From: an uncultured Candidatus Bathyarchaeia archaeon
GTDB lineage: Archaea > Thermoproteota > Bathyarchaeia > Bathyarchaeales > DTEX01
Assembly: GCA_964465575.1 (NCBI GenBank)
Contig: CAYXIF010000004.1
Location: forward strand, 12,212 to 76,211
DNA: 64,000 bases
Reading direction: 5' to 3'
The first letter of the stretch is position 1. Every line of letters starts with the position of its first letter. Below are positions 36,284 to 44,964 of this stretch, one piece after another. The notes under the pieces were generated by a model. That model saw nothing but the letters and a program-made list of their open reading frames with translations, did no database searches and was not told the DNA's origin. A program made the translations under genes and the position numbers.

Positions 36284-37380
36284 AGCTGGTACAGGCCTAG
36301 GTCCATGGTTAGGGGCTTCACAGTTTCTTCGGCGGCATCCAACTCGTAGATCTCGGGTACAGCTGAACCGTATCCGCCGTACACGTACTGGGATCGGACC
36401 CCAGTCATGACGAGCGTGACTTTCAGGTTTCCCGCTAGGCTTGGGTCGACTCTGGCCCCCCAGATGATCAGAGCATCATCGCTCATCATTTGGGTAACGA
36501 TTTCGCCTACTCTATTGGCTTCGTCTATGGTCATCTGCTCGTCGCCTGAAACGTGGATTAAAGCTCCTTTCGCGCAGGTATAGTCGACATCTAGCAAAGG
36601 CATGTCCAAAGCTTTCTGCACTGCTTCTTCGGCTCTGTTGGGCGCGTCTGATTGCCCCACACCAGCCACAGATATGCCACCCTTCTTTACGATTGTTCTG
36701 AAATCCGCGAAGTCTAGGTTTATCAAGCTCGGCGCGGAAACTATCTCAGTGATTCCCGCGATCATGTTCGCCAAGACACCGTCCCCAACTCTGAAGGCTT
36801 CATTTAGCGGCAGCTGTGGAACGAGACGTATCAGCTTGTTGTTATCTATCACTATGACAGTGTCACATTCCCTTCGCATTTCGGTAAGCCCCTTAACGGC
36901 GTAGGCGATCCTTCCCTTTTCAATCTTGAAAGGCATTGTTACAACCCCGATGACAATGGCCGCCTTGTCCCTAGCCATCCTAGCAACAACAGACGCGGCA
37001 CCTGTGCCAGTCCCACCTCCCATGCCAGCTGTGACGAAGACTATGTCCACATCCTCCAGAACTTTTCCAACTAGCTCAGCGGACTCCTCAATCGCTGCCC
37101 TTCCAACGCGAGGGTCTCCACCTGAACCCAGTCCACGTGTTAGCTTTTCTCCAATCAGGATCTTCTGCTTCGCGTGTGTGGCTTTCAAGTGTTGCATATC
37201 AGTATTGATGGCGATGCATTCAGCGCCCACAATATTGGACTCAGTCAGACGACTCACCGTGTTGTTTCCCGCCCCCCCAACGCCCAGAACCATTATCCGA
37301 CAGGAGCCGGGCTCCCGAAGCCCTTCAGGGATCGTCTCGTCCCACGTGAATTGCAGCGCCTTGTCAGCTATCTTTGTCAT
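36280..37380 (-). CDS. ftsZ: Cell division GTPase FtsZ (canonical motifs)
   Basis: VLGVGGAGNNTV, tubulin signature AGMGGGTGTGA and T7 loop NLDFADF. ATG 37380 (MTKIADK) is preferred over the track start at 37410. Confidence 0.93.
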   Translation of the reverse strand: MTKIADKALQFTWDETIPEGLREPGSCRIMVLGVGGAGNNTVSRLTESNIVGAECIAINTDMQHLKATHAKQKILIGEKLTRGLGSGGDPRVGRAAIEESAELVGKVLEDVDIVFVTAGMGGGTGTGAASVVARMARDKAAIVIGVVTMPFKIEKGRIAYAVKGLTEMRRECDTVIVIDNNKLIRLVPQLPLNEAFRVGDGVLANMIAGITEIVSAPSLINLDFADFRTIVKKGGISVAGVGQSDAPNRAEEAVQKALDMPLLDVDYTCAKGALIHVSGDEQMTIDEANRVGEIVTQMMSDDALIIWGARVDPSLAGNLKVTLVMTGVRSQYVYGGYGSAVPEIYELDAAEETVKPLTMDLGLYQL

Positions 37381-37528
37381 CCTTTTCCCTTCCCCATAGC
37401 TCCATGGCAATCAAGTCCCTGATGGCCACGCGGATAGCTTCCGCTCTATGCGGATAGTACCGCTTGTTCACCAGCTCCTCGAGTGCCTCCAAGTATGGTT
37501 CGGGAAGATATATTGTGATGAGTTTCAC
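37364..37528 (-). CDS. Small ribbon-helix-helix (CopG/CdrS-like) DNA-binding protein, overlaps ftsZ start
   Basis: Not in ORF track (54 aa). Own translation from GTG 37528, with GGTGAG RBS at 37531-37537: VKLITIYLPEPYLEALEELVNKRYYPHRAEAIRVAIRDLIAMELWGREKDDKDS. Classic RHH pattern (beta strand ITIYLP, then two helices). Stop TGA at 37364-37366, 17 nt inside ftsZ. Confidence 0.65.
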   Translation of the reverse strand: MKLITIYLPEPYLEALEELVNKRYYPHRAEAIRVAIRDLIAMELWGREKDDKDS

Positions 37529-37580
37529 TCTCTCACCTACGGACTATAAGTCAAACAGATGGCAATAAGTGTCTGCATAA

Positions 37581-37610
37581 CATGATTTAATCATGATTCA
37601 ATCATGAATG
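37581..37610. promoter_or_regulatory. Three CATGA(T/A)T repeats at 11-bp phasing upstream of the RHH-ftsZ operon
   Basis: catgatttaatcatgattcaatcatgaatg: CATGA begins at 37581, 37592 and 37603. Internally palindromic (TCATGA). Lies between the TATA-like ctttataaag (37619-37628) and the RHH start. Confidence 0.5.
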
Positions 37611-37749
37611 AACCTTCCCTTTATAAAGTTGCACCGAGATAGGCCACTACACCCTCCTCTTTTATGTAAAAAAGGCACGATCGATCCAAATCGTTTTCTC
37701 TTAACGCTACAACTCCGGCGCTTAGAGTGCGCAGTCAAGTATATATATC

Positions 37750-39126
37750 GTGCCCGCATGGATTTGCTTGATAAGGTTGGTCCCTGATGTATTTTCAAGC
37801 GTTCAAGGGTTGTCGAACGCTTCCTCTGCGGAGTGTCCCGCCGCTGGTCTGTTCTATGTAGAGAATTACGGGTGCGCAGCCAACTCCTTTGATCTAGGTG
37901 TTATAAACGCCCTCTTGATCAATGCGGGATACCGGCCGGTCAGTAGGCCTGATCAGGCAAGTGTCGTTGTCGTGAATACCTGCGGGGTGAAGAAACCTAC
38001 TGAGGACAGGATCATTGGAAGAATACGACTCCTCAACCAAATCAACAAACCTCTGGTGATTGCAGGTTGTCTTCCAAAGATCAACTTGGAAGCTGTGCTG
38101 AGAGCAGCACCAAACTTCTCTGCCATCCTTGACCCTTGGAGCGTCGATAAGATACTCTTAGCCGTGGAAGAAGCTGTCAGCGGTGGGAAGAATAGGATAT
38201 ACTTCTCTCAAAAGCCCATCCAGAAGTTGGACCAGCCTAGAATGCGGCTCAACTCTACAATCGAGATCGTGCAAGTCTCTGAAGGATGTACCCGCGCCTG
38301 TGCCTTCTGCTGTGTAAGGCTTGCCAGAGGCGCGCTTTTCTCCTATCCAGTAGAGAAGATAGTTCGAAGGATCACTCAAGCAGTCTCGGAGGGCGCGAAC
38401 GAGGTTTGGCTCACTTCCCAGGACAATGGAGCTTACGGTCTAGACATCGGCACCAATATCGCTGAGTTGCTCTACCAGTGTTGCCAAGTCGCGGGGAAGT
38501 TTCTGATCCGAGTCGGCATGATGAATCCTGACCATGTACTTGGGATGCTTCCTGAGCTAGTCCGCGCATACAAGCAAAAGAAAGTTTTCAAGTTCTTGCA
38601 TGTGCCTATTCAAAGCGGCGACGACGAGACATTGAAGCGCATGAACCGTGGTTACACTGTTGATGAGTTCGAAACGATAGTCAACTCGTTCAGGGAGGTC
38701 ATTCCCCGGATAACTCTTTCCACAGACGTCATATGTGGATTCCCCGGAGAGGGCCGGGAAGCCTTTGGGGAGACTCTAAAGATAATCAATAAAACAAAGC
38801 CTGACATAGTCAACATTTCAAAGTTCTTTCCAAGACCAAACACGCCTGCAGAGAAGATGGAGCGCGTCGACCCAAAAGAGGTGAAGGACAGAAGCCGGGA
38901 GCTAACCAAGCTGGCAAGAGAGATTTCTTCCCAAAGAAACAGGACCTGGCTGGGTTGGGAGGGCGAGATGCTCGTCGACGAGAAAGGGAAGGATTTCACG
39001 TGGGTTGGGAGAAACTTTGCCTACAAACCAGTAGTGGTGAAGAGCGATGAGAACCTGGCTGGGAAGTTTGTGCGTGCAAGGGTCGTTGAGTTCTTCTCGA
39101 CCTATCTTGGAGCCGTGGTCACTTAG
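37750..39126 (+). CDS. Radical-SAM methylthiotransferase, MiaB/MtaB (CDKAL1-like) family
   Basis: MTTase N-domain Cys (YGCAANSFD, NTCGVK, AGCLP), radical SAM CTRACAFC and a C-terminal TRAM-like segment. The true start is probably downstream (for example TTG 37810), because a TATA box (gtatatatat) abuts 37750. Confidence 0.8.
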   Translation: MPAWICLIRLVPDVFSSVQGLSNASSAECPAAGLFYVENYGCAANSFDLGVINALLINAGYRPVSRPDQASVVVVNTCGVKKPTEDRIIGRIRLLNQINKPLVIAGCLPKINLEAVLRAAPNFSAILDPWSVDKILLAVEEAVSGGKNRIYFSQKPIQKLDQPRMRLNSTIEIVQVSEGCTRACAFCCVRLARGALFSYPVEKIVRRITQAVSEGANEVWLTSQDNGAYGLDIGTNIAELLYQCCQVAGKFLIRVGMMNPDHVLGMLPELVRAYKQKKVFKFLHVPIQSGDDETLKRMNRGYTVDEFETIVNSFREVIPRITLSTDVICGFPGEGREAFGETLKIINKTKPDIVNISKFFPRPNTPAEKMERVDPKEVKDRSRELTKLAREISSQRNRTWLGWEGEMLVDEKGKDFTWVGRNFAYKPVVVKSDENLAGKFVRARVVEFFSTYLGAVVT

Positions 39127-39162
39127 CGGTTTACTTCTGTTGTCCCGATTGTCCTTCTTCTT

Positions 39163-39516
39163 CTACTTGTTGACTGTTTGGTTGATCTCCTCCTCGATAA
39201 TGTGACCGTGGCAGTAGACGAGAGCCTTCTTGACGCCCTCGATGTTCTCTGCTCTGCTCTTTACCTCGATCGCCATCTTTGTCGCGTCTGTGCAGATGGG
39301 GCTTGAGAGCGTGAAGTCAATTCTGACGACCCCTGGTTGGATCTCCTTGACGCTTTGGACCATTTCCATCTGGCCAAAGGTTAGCCCTGTCTCGAGGTCG
39401 ACCACCTTCTCTACCTCAGCTAGAACTTTGCTCTCAAGGTCCTTCATCAGTTCTTCACGCAACTCAGGAGCTTCAAGATGGGTACGCAACAGATTGTTGT
39501 GGAGAATAGGGGTCAC
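39163..39516 (-). CDS. DUF59/MIP18-family Fe-S assembly-related protein
   Basis: 117 aa. VVDLETGLTFGQMEMVQSV...VRIDFTLSSPIC resembles the DUF59 (SufT/PaaD-like) core. Confidence 0.5.
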   Translation of the reverse strand: MTPILHNNLLRTHLEAPELREELMKDLESKVLAEVEKVVDLETGLTFGQMEMVQSVKEIQPGVVRIDFTLSSPICTDATKMAIEVKSRAENIEGVKKALVYCHGHIIEEEINQTVNK

Positions 39517-39549
39517 TTCCTAATAAGATTACCGTGGTCATCTTGGCCT

Positions 39550-40257
39550 TCAGAGATCCCCTTTCAGTATTGCCAGCATCTTCCTTGAGTTGTCGAGCAT
39601 CGCGTGATTATTGTTGAAGAACACATAGGCTTTCTCCGATTTCGTCTCAATTATTTTCGTTGCAACATCTTTCAGTTCTTCGTCAGAGTAACGATGAGAA
39701 TACCACCCAAGCCGGCCGTGCATTCTCTGGTAGACGATTCCGCTCGTGTCAAACACCACTAGGGGCAGAGTGGGGCAATCAACACCTACAAGAGTTATTC
39801 CTAGCTCTCTTGCCCATTCAACCCACTTGCCGCTAAACCAAGTAGCGTTCCTTGGTTCGAACGCGAACCTGTGACCTAAGAGCGTCTTCTCTGCAAAGGA
39901 AGCAATCGCTGAAGCCGAACTTGCTTTCGTGCTGGGTGGAAGCTGGAAAAGGTAGAAGTCGATCAGGTGATCTAGTGGGCCGAACAGTTCCATGAAGCTC
40001 TCCCAAAGGCCTAGGGCCTTCTCATTAAATCTGTAGAGATGTGTTATGGCCCTGTTGGTCTTGATCGACCATCTGAGCGATCTACATTTCACTGCCCAGG
40101 ATCTTACGGCATTGGGAAACGGGAATCGGTAGAAACTGGCGTTCAGTTCAACAGCGTTTAGGCCGGCGTTGATCACATACCAGTCTAAGCTCGCCTTCTT
40201 ATTCCAGCCGTAAAGCCAGCCCGATGTGCCAACATAAACCTCCATAGGCCTCAGCAA
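39550..40257 (-). CDS. DUF72 (UPF0759) family protein
   Basis: VGTSGWLY...ELNASFYRFP pattern typical of DUF72. Confidence 0.7.
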   Translation of the reverse strand: MLRPMEVYVGTSGWLYGWNKKASLDWYVINAGLNAVELNASFYRFPFPNAVRSWAVKCRSLRWSIKTNRAITHLYRFNEKALGLWESFMELFGPLDHLIDFYLFQLPPSTKASSASAIASFAEKTLLGHRFAFEPRNATWFSGKWVEWARELGITLVGVDCPTLPLVVFDTSGIVYQRMHGRLGWYSHRYSDEELKDVATKIIETKSEKAYVFFNNNHAMLDNSRKMLAILKGDL

Positions 40258-40267
40258 CAGGTAAGGA

Positions 40268-41329
40268 TCAATGGGAGAAACCTTGCCGAAGTGTATTGAA
40301 CGAGGCTGGACCCTCTAGTAGGAACCTGCTACCCACGCCTGCCAGCACCAATGTCACACGAATGAAACCCGTCATGCTTGTGTCCACTCCGGTACCCCAT
40401 GAAACGTTGGCGTCAGGTGAAATCCTGCTCACGATCATCTCTCCTGCTTTGTTAAACTCCTCTAAGGTCATGTCGTCTCCCCCTTCAATGTTAACCAAGG
40501 CGGCTTGGCATTTGTCTATGTCTTCGATGTCGAGAAGCTGGGAGTCCAACGCTTTATGCACAGCGTCTTCAACCCTAGTCTGTCCTGAGCCTTCTCCTAT
40601 GCCCATGGCGCATACTCCACTTTCAGTCGCGATCGCCTTCAAGTCCGCGAAGTTCAAGTTCACAAGGCTTGGGTAAGATATTGCCTCCGATAGGCTTCTG
40701 ATGAAAGAAGCAATCAGATTGTTCGCGAGACCGAAAGATTCGATGATGGGCAAGTTGCCTGCGATTTTCCTAAGCCTATTATTATCAACGACGATGACAG
40801 CGTCACAGGTCTCGACGAGCCGCTCCAATCCTTTCTTGGCCTTTGCCAGCCTCGGTCCCTCAGCTAAGAAGGGAATCAAAACGACTCCAAAGGTCAGAAC
40901 CTGCATTTCCTTCGCGATCGTCGCCACAACGGGAGTAGCACCAGTCCCTGTTCCTCTCCCTAGTCCTGCAATCAGAAAGGACAGACCAGATCCTTTCAGC
41001 ACACTTGCTATTTCGATTGAACTTTCTCCTGCAACCCTTGCCCCTAGCTCTGGAGAGTCACCGCAACCAAGACCCCGACAGACATCGTATCCTAACAAGA
41101 TTTTCCTGTCGGCTGCAATCCTGCTCAGTTGCATGGCGTCGCTGTTCAATGCGTAGATTCTTGCGCCAAAGACGCCTTTTTCTTTGATCCAAGAAGCAAT
41201 ATTGCATCCCGCTCCTCCAATGCCCAGTACACTGATACGAGGGATAGACTCTGTGGCTATTTCCTCTATGCTCTTCTCACAGAATGCCTTGTCCCGGACT
41301 ATACTGGGTTCCTTGAGCTGTTCCGCCAA
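40268..41329 (-). CDS. FtsZ/tubulin-family paralog with degenerate GTPase motifs
   Basis: VLGIGGAGCNIASWI. The G-box reads AGLGRGTGTGA (Arg at codon 40955-40957) and the T7 loop reads NLNFADL (Asn at 40652-40654) instead of NxDFAD. Confidence 0.8.
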   Translation of the reverse strand: MAEQLKEPSIVRDKAFCEKSIEEIATESIPRISVLGIGGAGCNIASWIKEKGVFGARIYALNSDAMQLSRIAADRKILLGYDVCRGLGCGDSPELGARVAGESSIEIASVLKGSGLSFLIAGLGRGTGTGATPVVATIAKEMQVLTFGVVLIPFLAEGPRLAKAKKGLERLVETCDAVIVVDNNRLRKIAGNLPIIESFGLANNLIASFIRSLSEAISYPSLVNLNFADLKAIATESGVCAMGIGEGSGQTRVEDAVHKALDSQLLDIEDIDKCQAALVNIEGGDDMTLEEFNKAGEMIVSRISPDANVSWGTGVDTSMTGFIRVTLVLAGVGSRFLLEGPASFNTLRQGFSH

Positions 41330-41523
41330 TTCTTGCCCACGCTCTTAGCATTTGATCTGAAGAAGCCTTCCCAGTTCTGCCAGCCTAAGATTCGGTTCAG
41401 AAAGGGATAAAGCTTTTGGGGTGTCTAACGGAGCTTGCGGTTCGCTACTACTCAGAATTCCTGGCCTGCAGCACAAACCTTTCAAACCGGTGGAGTGATT
41501 ATCTCACGGGGTTGGACGAAGCA

Positions 41524-42411
41524 ATGATCGGAATCTTGACGCGCAACGAAGGATCTTGGTGTTCTGCCCAATTGAGGAAGGCATTCACTAGACAAGGAGT
41601 CCCGTCGATGTGTTTTGGCTTTCCTAGCCTCGTGGCTCGTGTTGCGCTCAGGCCTGAAGTCTCAGTTGCAGAGACCGATGTTCTCAAGGAACTCGAAGCT
41701 GTGATCGTGCGACCAGTGGGACGCGGGTCCTTGGAAGAGATCATTTTCCGGATGGATCTTCTTCATCGACTCGAACGGTTAGGCACTTACGTGGTAAACC
41801 CGCCTTCAGCTATTGAACGGTCGGTTGACAAGTACTATACTCTTGCGCTTCTTGAGGAAGCGGGCCTCGCTGTCCCTCGAACAGTTGTAGCTGAAGACGC
41901 TGATAACGCCCTGAAGGCATTCGAAGAGCTAGGAGGCGATGTTGTAGTCAAGCCCATTTTCGGCTCGCGCGGCATTGGCTCAGTGAGAGTCTCTGAGCCC
42001 AACTTGGCTGAAAGAGTCTTCAGAGCAGTTGCTTTTCAGCATCAAGTCCTGTACATTCAAGAATTCGTTCCACATGGGAACTACGATGTGCGAATCTTCG
42101 TTCTAGGCAGACGAGTCCTGGCGTCCATGCGAAGAATAGCCGACTCATGGAAGACCAACGTGAGTCTCGGCGCAAAGCCCGTTGCTTACAGGCCACAAAG
42201 CAAAGTCAGAAAGCTAGCTCTTAAAGCCACGGAGATCATCGGCTGCGAGATAGCTGGGGTAGATGTCTTGGAGACTGAGAAAGGTCCTTTGGTGATCGAG
42301 CTCAATAGTCAGCCGGGCTGGAAAGGTCTTCAATCCGTTACTGAAGTGAACATAGCGGACGAGATAGTCAGATACATGCTCGATAGACTTAAGGCGAAGG
42401 TAAAGCGATGA
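41524..42411 (+). CDS. RimK-family ATP-grasp alpha-L-glutamate ligase (MptN/CofF-like)
   Basis: ATP-grasp blocks VVKPIFGSRGIGS, IQEFV, DVRIFVLG and AGVDVLE. ATG 41524 (MIGILTR) is preferred over the track start. Confidence 0.7.
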   Translation: MIGILTRNEGSWCSAQLRKAFTRQGVPSMCFGFPSLVARVALRPEVSVAETDVLKELEAVIVRPVGRGSLEEIIFRMDLLHRLERLGTYVVNPPSAIERSVDKYYTLALLEEAGLAVPRTVVAEDADNALKAFEELGGDVVVKPIFGSRGIGSVRVSEPNLAERVFRAVAFQHQVLYIQEFVPHGNYDVRIFVLGRRVLASMRRIADSWKTNVSLGAKPVAYRPQSKVRKLALKATEIIGCEIAGVDVLETEKGPLVIELNSQPGWKGLQSVTEVNIADEIVRYMLDRLKAKVKR

Positions 42412-43034
42412 GCAAAACCGCCATAATCCTTGCGGGAGGCGTTTCTAGAAGGTTCGGGCAAGACAAGGGGCTCATATCACTTGCAGGAAAACCCTTGGTT
42501 ATGCATGTGTTTGAGAAGGCTTGCCTAGTTGCTGAGGAACTCATTGTCGTCGTTGGCTCAGCCACTCAACGGGACCTTTATTTGCCGTTGTTTCCCAAGG
42601 GCACTAAGATAGTGGTGGATGCTGAAGAGTTGCGTAGTCCTCTGGTCGGTGCCTTGAGTGGGTTCACAAGCGCTGGAGGTGACTACTCGGTTCTGCTTCC
42701 TTGTGACACACCTTTCGTTTCGAAGGAGGTCATGGATCTCCTCTTCCACGTTGCACCGAACATGGACGCCGTCATCCCAAGGTGGCCGAACGCTTACATT
42801 GAACCTCTCCAAGCCGTATATAGAACAAGTTCCACGTTGCGGGCAGCACAAGAGGCGCTCGACAAAGGAGAAGTCAGACTGTTACCCATGATAATGTTGC
42901 TCAAGAAGGTGCGGTACATCTCGACAATGGTCATTCAGGAGATTAACCCGCGTCTGACCACGTTCTTCAACATTAACACGCCCACAGATCTCAGAAGAGC
43001 AGAAAATCTGATAAAGAGAAGCACAGTGATGTAG
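42408..43034 (+). CDS. mobA: Molybdenum cofactor guanylyltransferase (MobA-like NTP transferase)
   Basis: AIILAGGVSRRFGQDKGL N-terminal signature. ATGA overlap with the upstream ligase gene. Confidence 0.75.
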   Translation: MSKTAIILAGGVSRRFGQDKGLISLAGKPLVMHVFEKACLVAEELIVVVGSATQRDLYLPLFPKGTKIVVDAEELRSPLVGALSGFTSAGGDYSVLLPCDTPFVSKEVMDLLFHVAPNMDAVIPRWPNAYIEPLQAVYRTSSTLRAAQEALDKGEVRLLPMIMLLKKVRYISTMVIQEINPRLTTFFNINTPTDLRRAENLIKRSTVM

Positions 43035-43052
43035 AAGCAAACTTGTCGCGTG

Positions 43053-43811
43053 CTAGATAAACAATGCCTTCTCCTTAGGCCATAGAAGGTCCTTTGCGGT
43101 TGCCTCTTCGGACTTCTGGTATGGGTATCCTCTGATTATGGCTGCTGGGATCCCTTCGTTCGCCTGTCCAATGACGAGCTCAGCGGCTGAAGTCAACTCA
43201 TCTGCAACGGCCGTCTGCTTGATTCTGAGGGTGTAGCCGAAGAGATCTGTTTCCCCTCTTCGGTCACGGATCGGTTTGATCCCCGCTACGCCTACAGCTA
43301 CGTTTATTTCTCCTCTTCGGAGTGCGCGACCATGCGTGTCTGAAATAATGACCGCAACGTTGTGGCCTGTTAATTCTCTTGTTCTCTGGCGGATTCGTTG
43401 GGCTGATTCATCAGGATTTTTCGGCAATGGCACTACGTTTCTCTCACCCGGCACGTTTGACCTATCAACCCCCGCGTTGGCGCATATGAAGCCGTGTTTG
43501 GTTTCAGCAATTATGTGGCCATTCCCCATGCGCACAATCGACTTGGATTCTCTTAGGACAACCTCAACCAACGCAGGATCCTTTTCAGACTCAGCTGCGA
43601 TAAACTTTGAGAAATCAGAGGGGCTTACATTGTCTAGGCTTATGACATTTCCCTCAGCCCGAGAGACTACGACATGGGTCACAACGATGATATCTCCTTC
43701 TTTCACAGGTGTACCTTGCTTCTCTGCGGCTGTGCATATTAACGCTCCGAGGTCATCACCTTCTCGGATGATTGGCAGACCTTTGACTGCAATCACCCCA
43801 ATGTCGCCCAT
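43053..43811 (-). CDS. cofE: Coenzyme F420-0:L-glutamate ligase
   Basis: GLPIIREGDDLGALI, ICANAGVDRSNV and SDTHGRALRRG blocks typical of CofE. Confidence 0.85.
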   Translation of the reverse strand: MGDIGVIAVKGLPIIREGDDLGALICTAAEKQGTPVKEGDIIVVTHVVVSRAEGNVISLDNVSPSDFSKFIAAESEKDPALVEVVLRESKSIVRMGNGHIIAETKHGFICANAGVDRSNVPGERNVVPLPKNPDESAQRIRQRTRELTGHNVAVIISDTHGRALRRGEINVAVGVAGIKPIRDRRGETDLFGYTLRIKQTAVADELTSAAELVIGQANEGIPAAIIRGYPYQKSEEATAKDLLWPKEKALFI

Positions 43812-43870
43812 ACAAGATGCCTCCAATTCTCTACTTTCATGATAGAAGGTGCTTTTATCCCTGACGAGTC

Positions 43871-44758
43871 TTATTTCCTTAGCTTCGGACCTTTCCCTTG
43901 GACAATGTACGGCATCTTCCTTGTTCTGAAGGCAACTAGTTTCTCATTGGACTCCATCAAGTAGGAGAGCAGAAGGTTCTTGCCATGTCTCGTCAATGCA
44001 AACACAGGGATCACAACGCCCACTTGAAGAAGAGCCTTCGGACCGATCCTTTCTCGCATGAGCCGAGACGCACTGGCACAGGCGATGTCTGCGCCTGCAA
44101 GGATCCTTTCAATGTCAGCTTCATCTGCGCAAGTATTGCAGACCGAGAATACGGATACTTCAGTGTTCATCTCTCTTTCCGCCCTTCGGATCGGTTCTAT
44201 CTGCGCCGAATTGAAGCTTGCCACGGTGACTGCGATACGGCGGAAACCAAGCTCGGCAGCTTTGATCACGCCTCGGCACTGGTCGATCTTCGCTGTTTCC
44301 TCATCAAGCACTATCCCCGAGTTTGACTTTATATATTGAATGTTGCTCACTATGGGCGAAGTCTTAATGATCCCGGTGAGTCTTGCGCCGATGGCTTGAA
44401 CAAGGTTGGGGTTGCTTGCTATGACTGTTCCGGCGCCATCACAGACCGTTACGGCGCAGTCAAGTAGCCCCCTCTTAAGGCATACTGACATGACTTCTGT
44501 GCTCCCGTAAGGAACCACCATCGAGTCATCGAAGATTCTATGCTCGCAGCAGAAGCCTGACTTCTTGGCCTTCAGCTTGACAGACCGTTTCACGGCGGTT
44601 TTGTCAAGCTTCTTAATTCCGTAAAGCGACTCGTGAAGTGGGCAATACGTGATCTTGGGTTCAGTTAGGACCTTGATCTTTCCGTCTTTGATCAGAACTC
44701 TCGAGCCGCAGCAGTAGAACTCGTGTTCGCCAACCAGCCTATATGGCATAGGTTCCAT
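43871..44758 (-). CDS. DUF2099-like protein (possibly methanogenesis-marker-8-related), function unknown
   Basis: Cys-rich N-terminus (FYCCGS, YCPLH, FCCEH) and a VCDGAGTVI block that I associate with DUF2099; not verified. ATG 44758 is preferred (TATA-like tttgatat about 24 nt upstream). Confidence 0.35.
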   Translation of the reverse strand: MEPMPYRLVGEHEFYCCGSRVLIKDGKIKVLTEPKITYCPLHESLYGIKKLDKTAVKRSVKLKAKKSGFCCEHRIFDDSMVVPYGSTEVMSVCLKRGLLDCAVTVCDGAGTVIASNPNLVQAIGARLTGIIKTSPIVSNIQYIKSNSGIVLDEETAKIDQCRGVIKAAELGFRRIAVTVASFNSAQIEPIRRAEREMNTEVSVFSVCNTCADEADIERILAGADIACASASRLMRERIGPKALLQVGVVIPVFALTRHGKNLLLSYLMESNEKLVAFRTRKMPYIVQGKGPKLRK

Positions 44759-44895
44759 AGAACTTCCCTTTCTTGGGCATATCAAATGTGCTGCCGCCCA
44801 TTTTACTCTTTGCGCCAGAACCCTAAACTGTCGAAGCAAACTTGGCTCAAAGCATGGCAGGAACAACCCTTGAGTTTATGGTAGCGGGGGGTCGA

Positions 44896-44924
44896 CTTTC
44901 CGGAGACCAGAGCCCTAGCCTCCT
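44896..44924 (-). other. tRNA intron 2 (non-canonical, T-loop 59/60, 29 nt)
   Basis: AGGAGGCTAGGGCTCTGGTCTCCGGAAAG. T stem / bulge AGU / helix UUCA:GGAA (3 WC plus A.G) / bulge AAA / helix GGAG:CUCC. Removal restores the T loop TTCAAAT. Exact junction ambiguous by 1-3 nt. Confidence 0.65.
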
Positions 44925-44946
44925 TTTGAACGACCGATCTCTGGGT

Positions 44947-44964
44947 CTCTCAGGCGAGGAGCCT
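44947..44964 (-). other. tRNA intron 1 (canonical 37/38 position, 18 nt)
   Basis: AGGCTCCTCGCCTGAGAG. Bulge-helix-bulge: anticodon stem / bulge AGA / helix CUCA:UGAG / bulge UAA / helix GGC:GCC. Confidence 0.8.

Noticed and set aside
37598-37798. 66-aa highly basic ORF (minus strand) in the RHH-ftsZ / methylthiotransferase intergenic region.
   Set aside because: It spans both promoters and the repeat array, has no RBS and no family resemblance. The region is better explained as regulatory DNA.
44896-44924. CCGGAAAGTCGAC on the minus strand initially looked like the RNase P RNA CR-I motif (GGAAAGUCC).
   Set aside because: The match is imperfect, no other RNase P conserved regions are nearby, and the segment is fully explained as the 3' part of the T-loop intron plus the T stem of the initiator tRNA.
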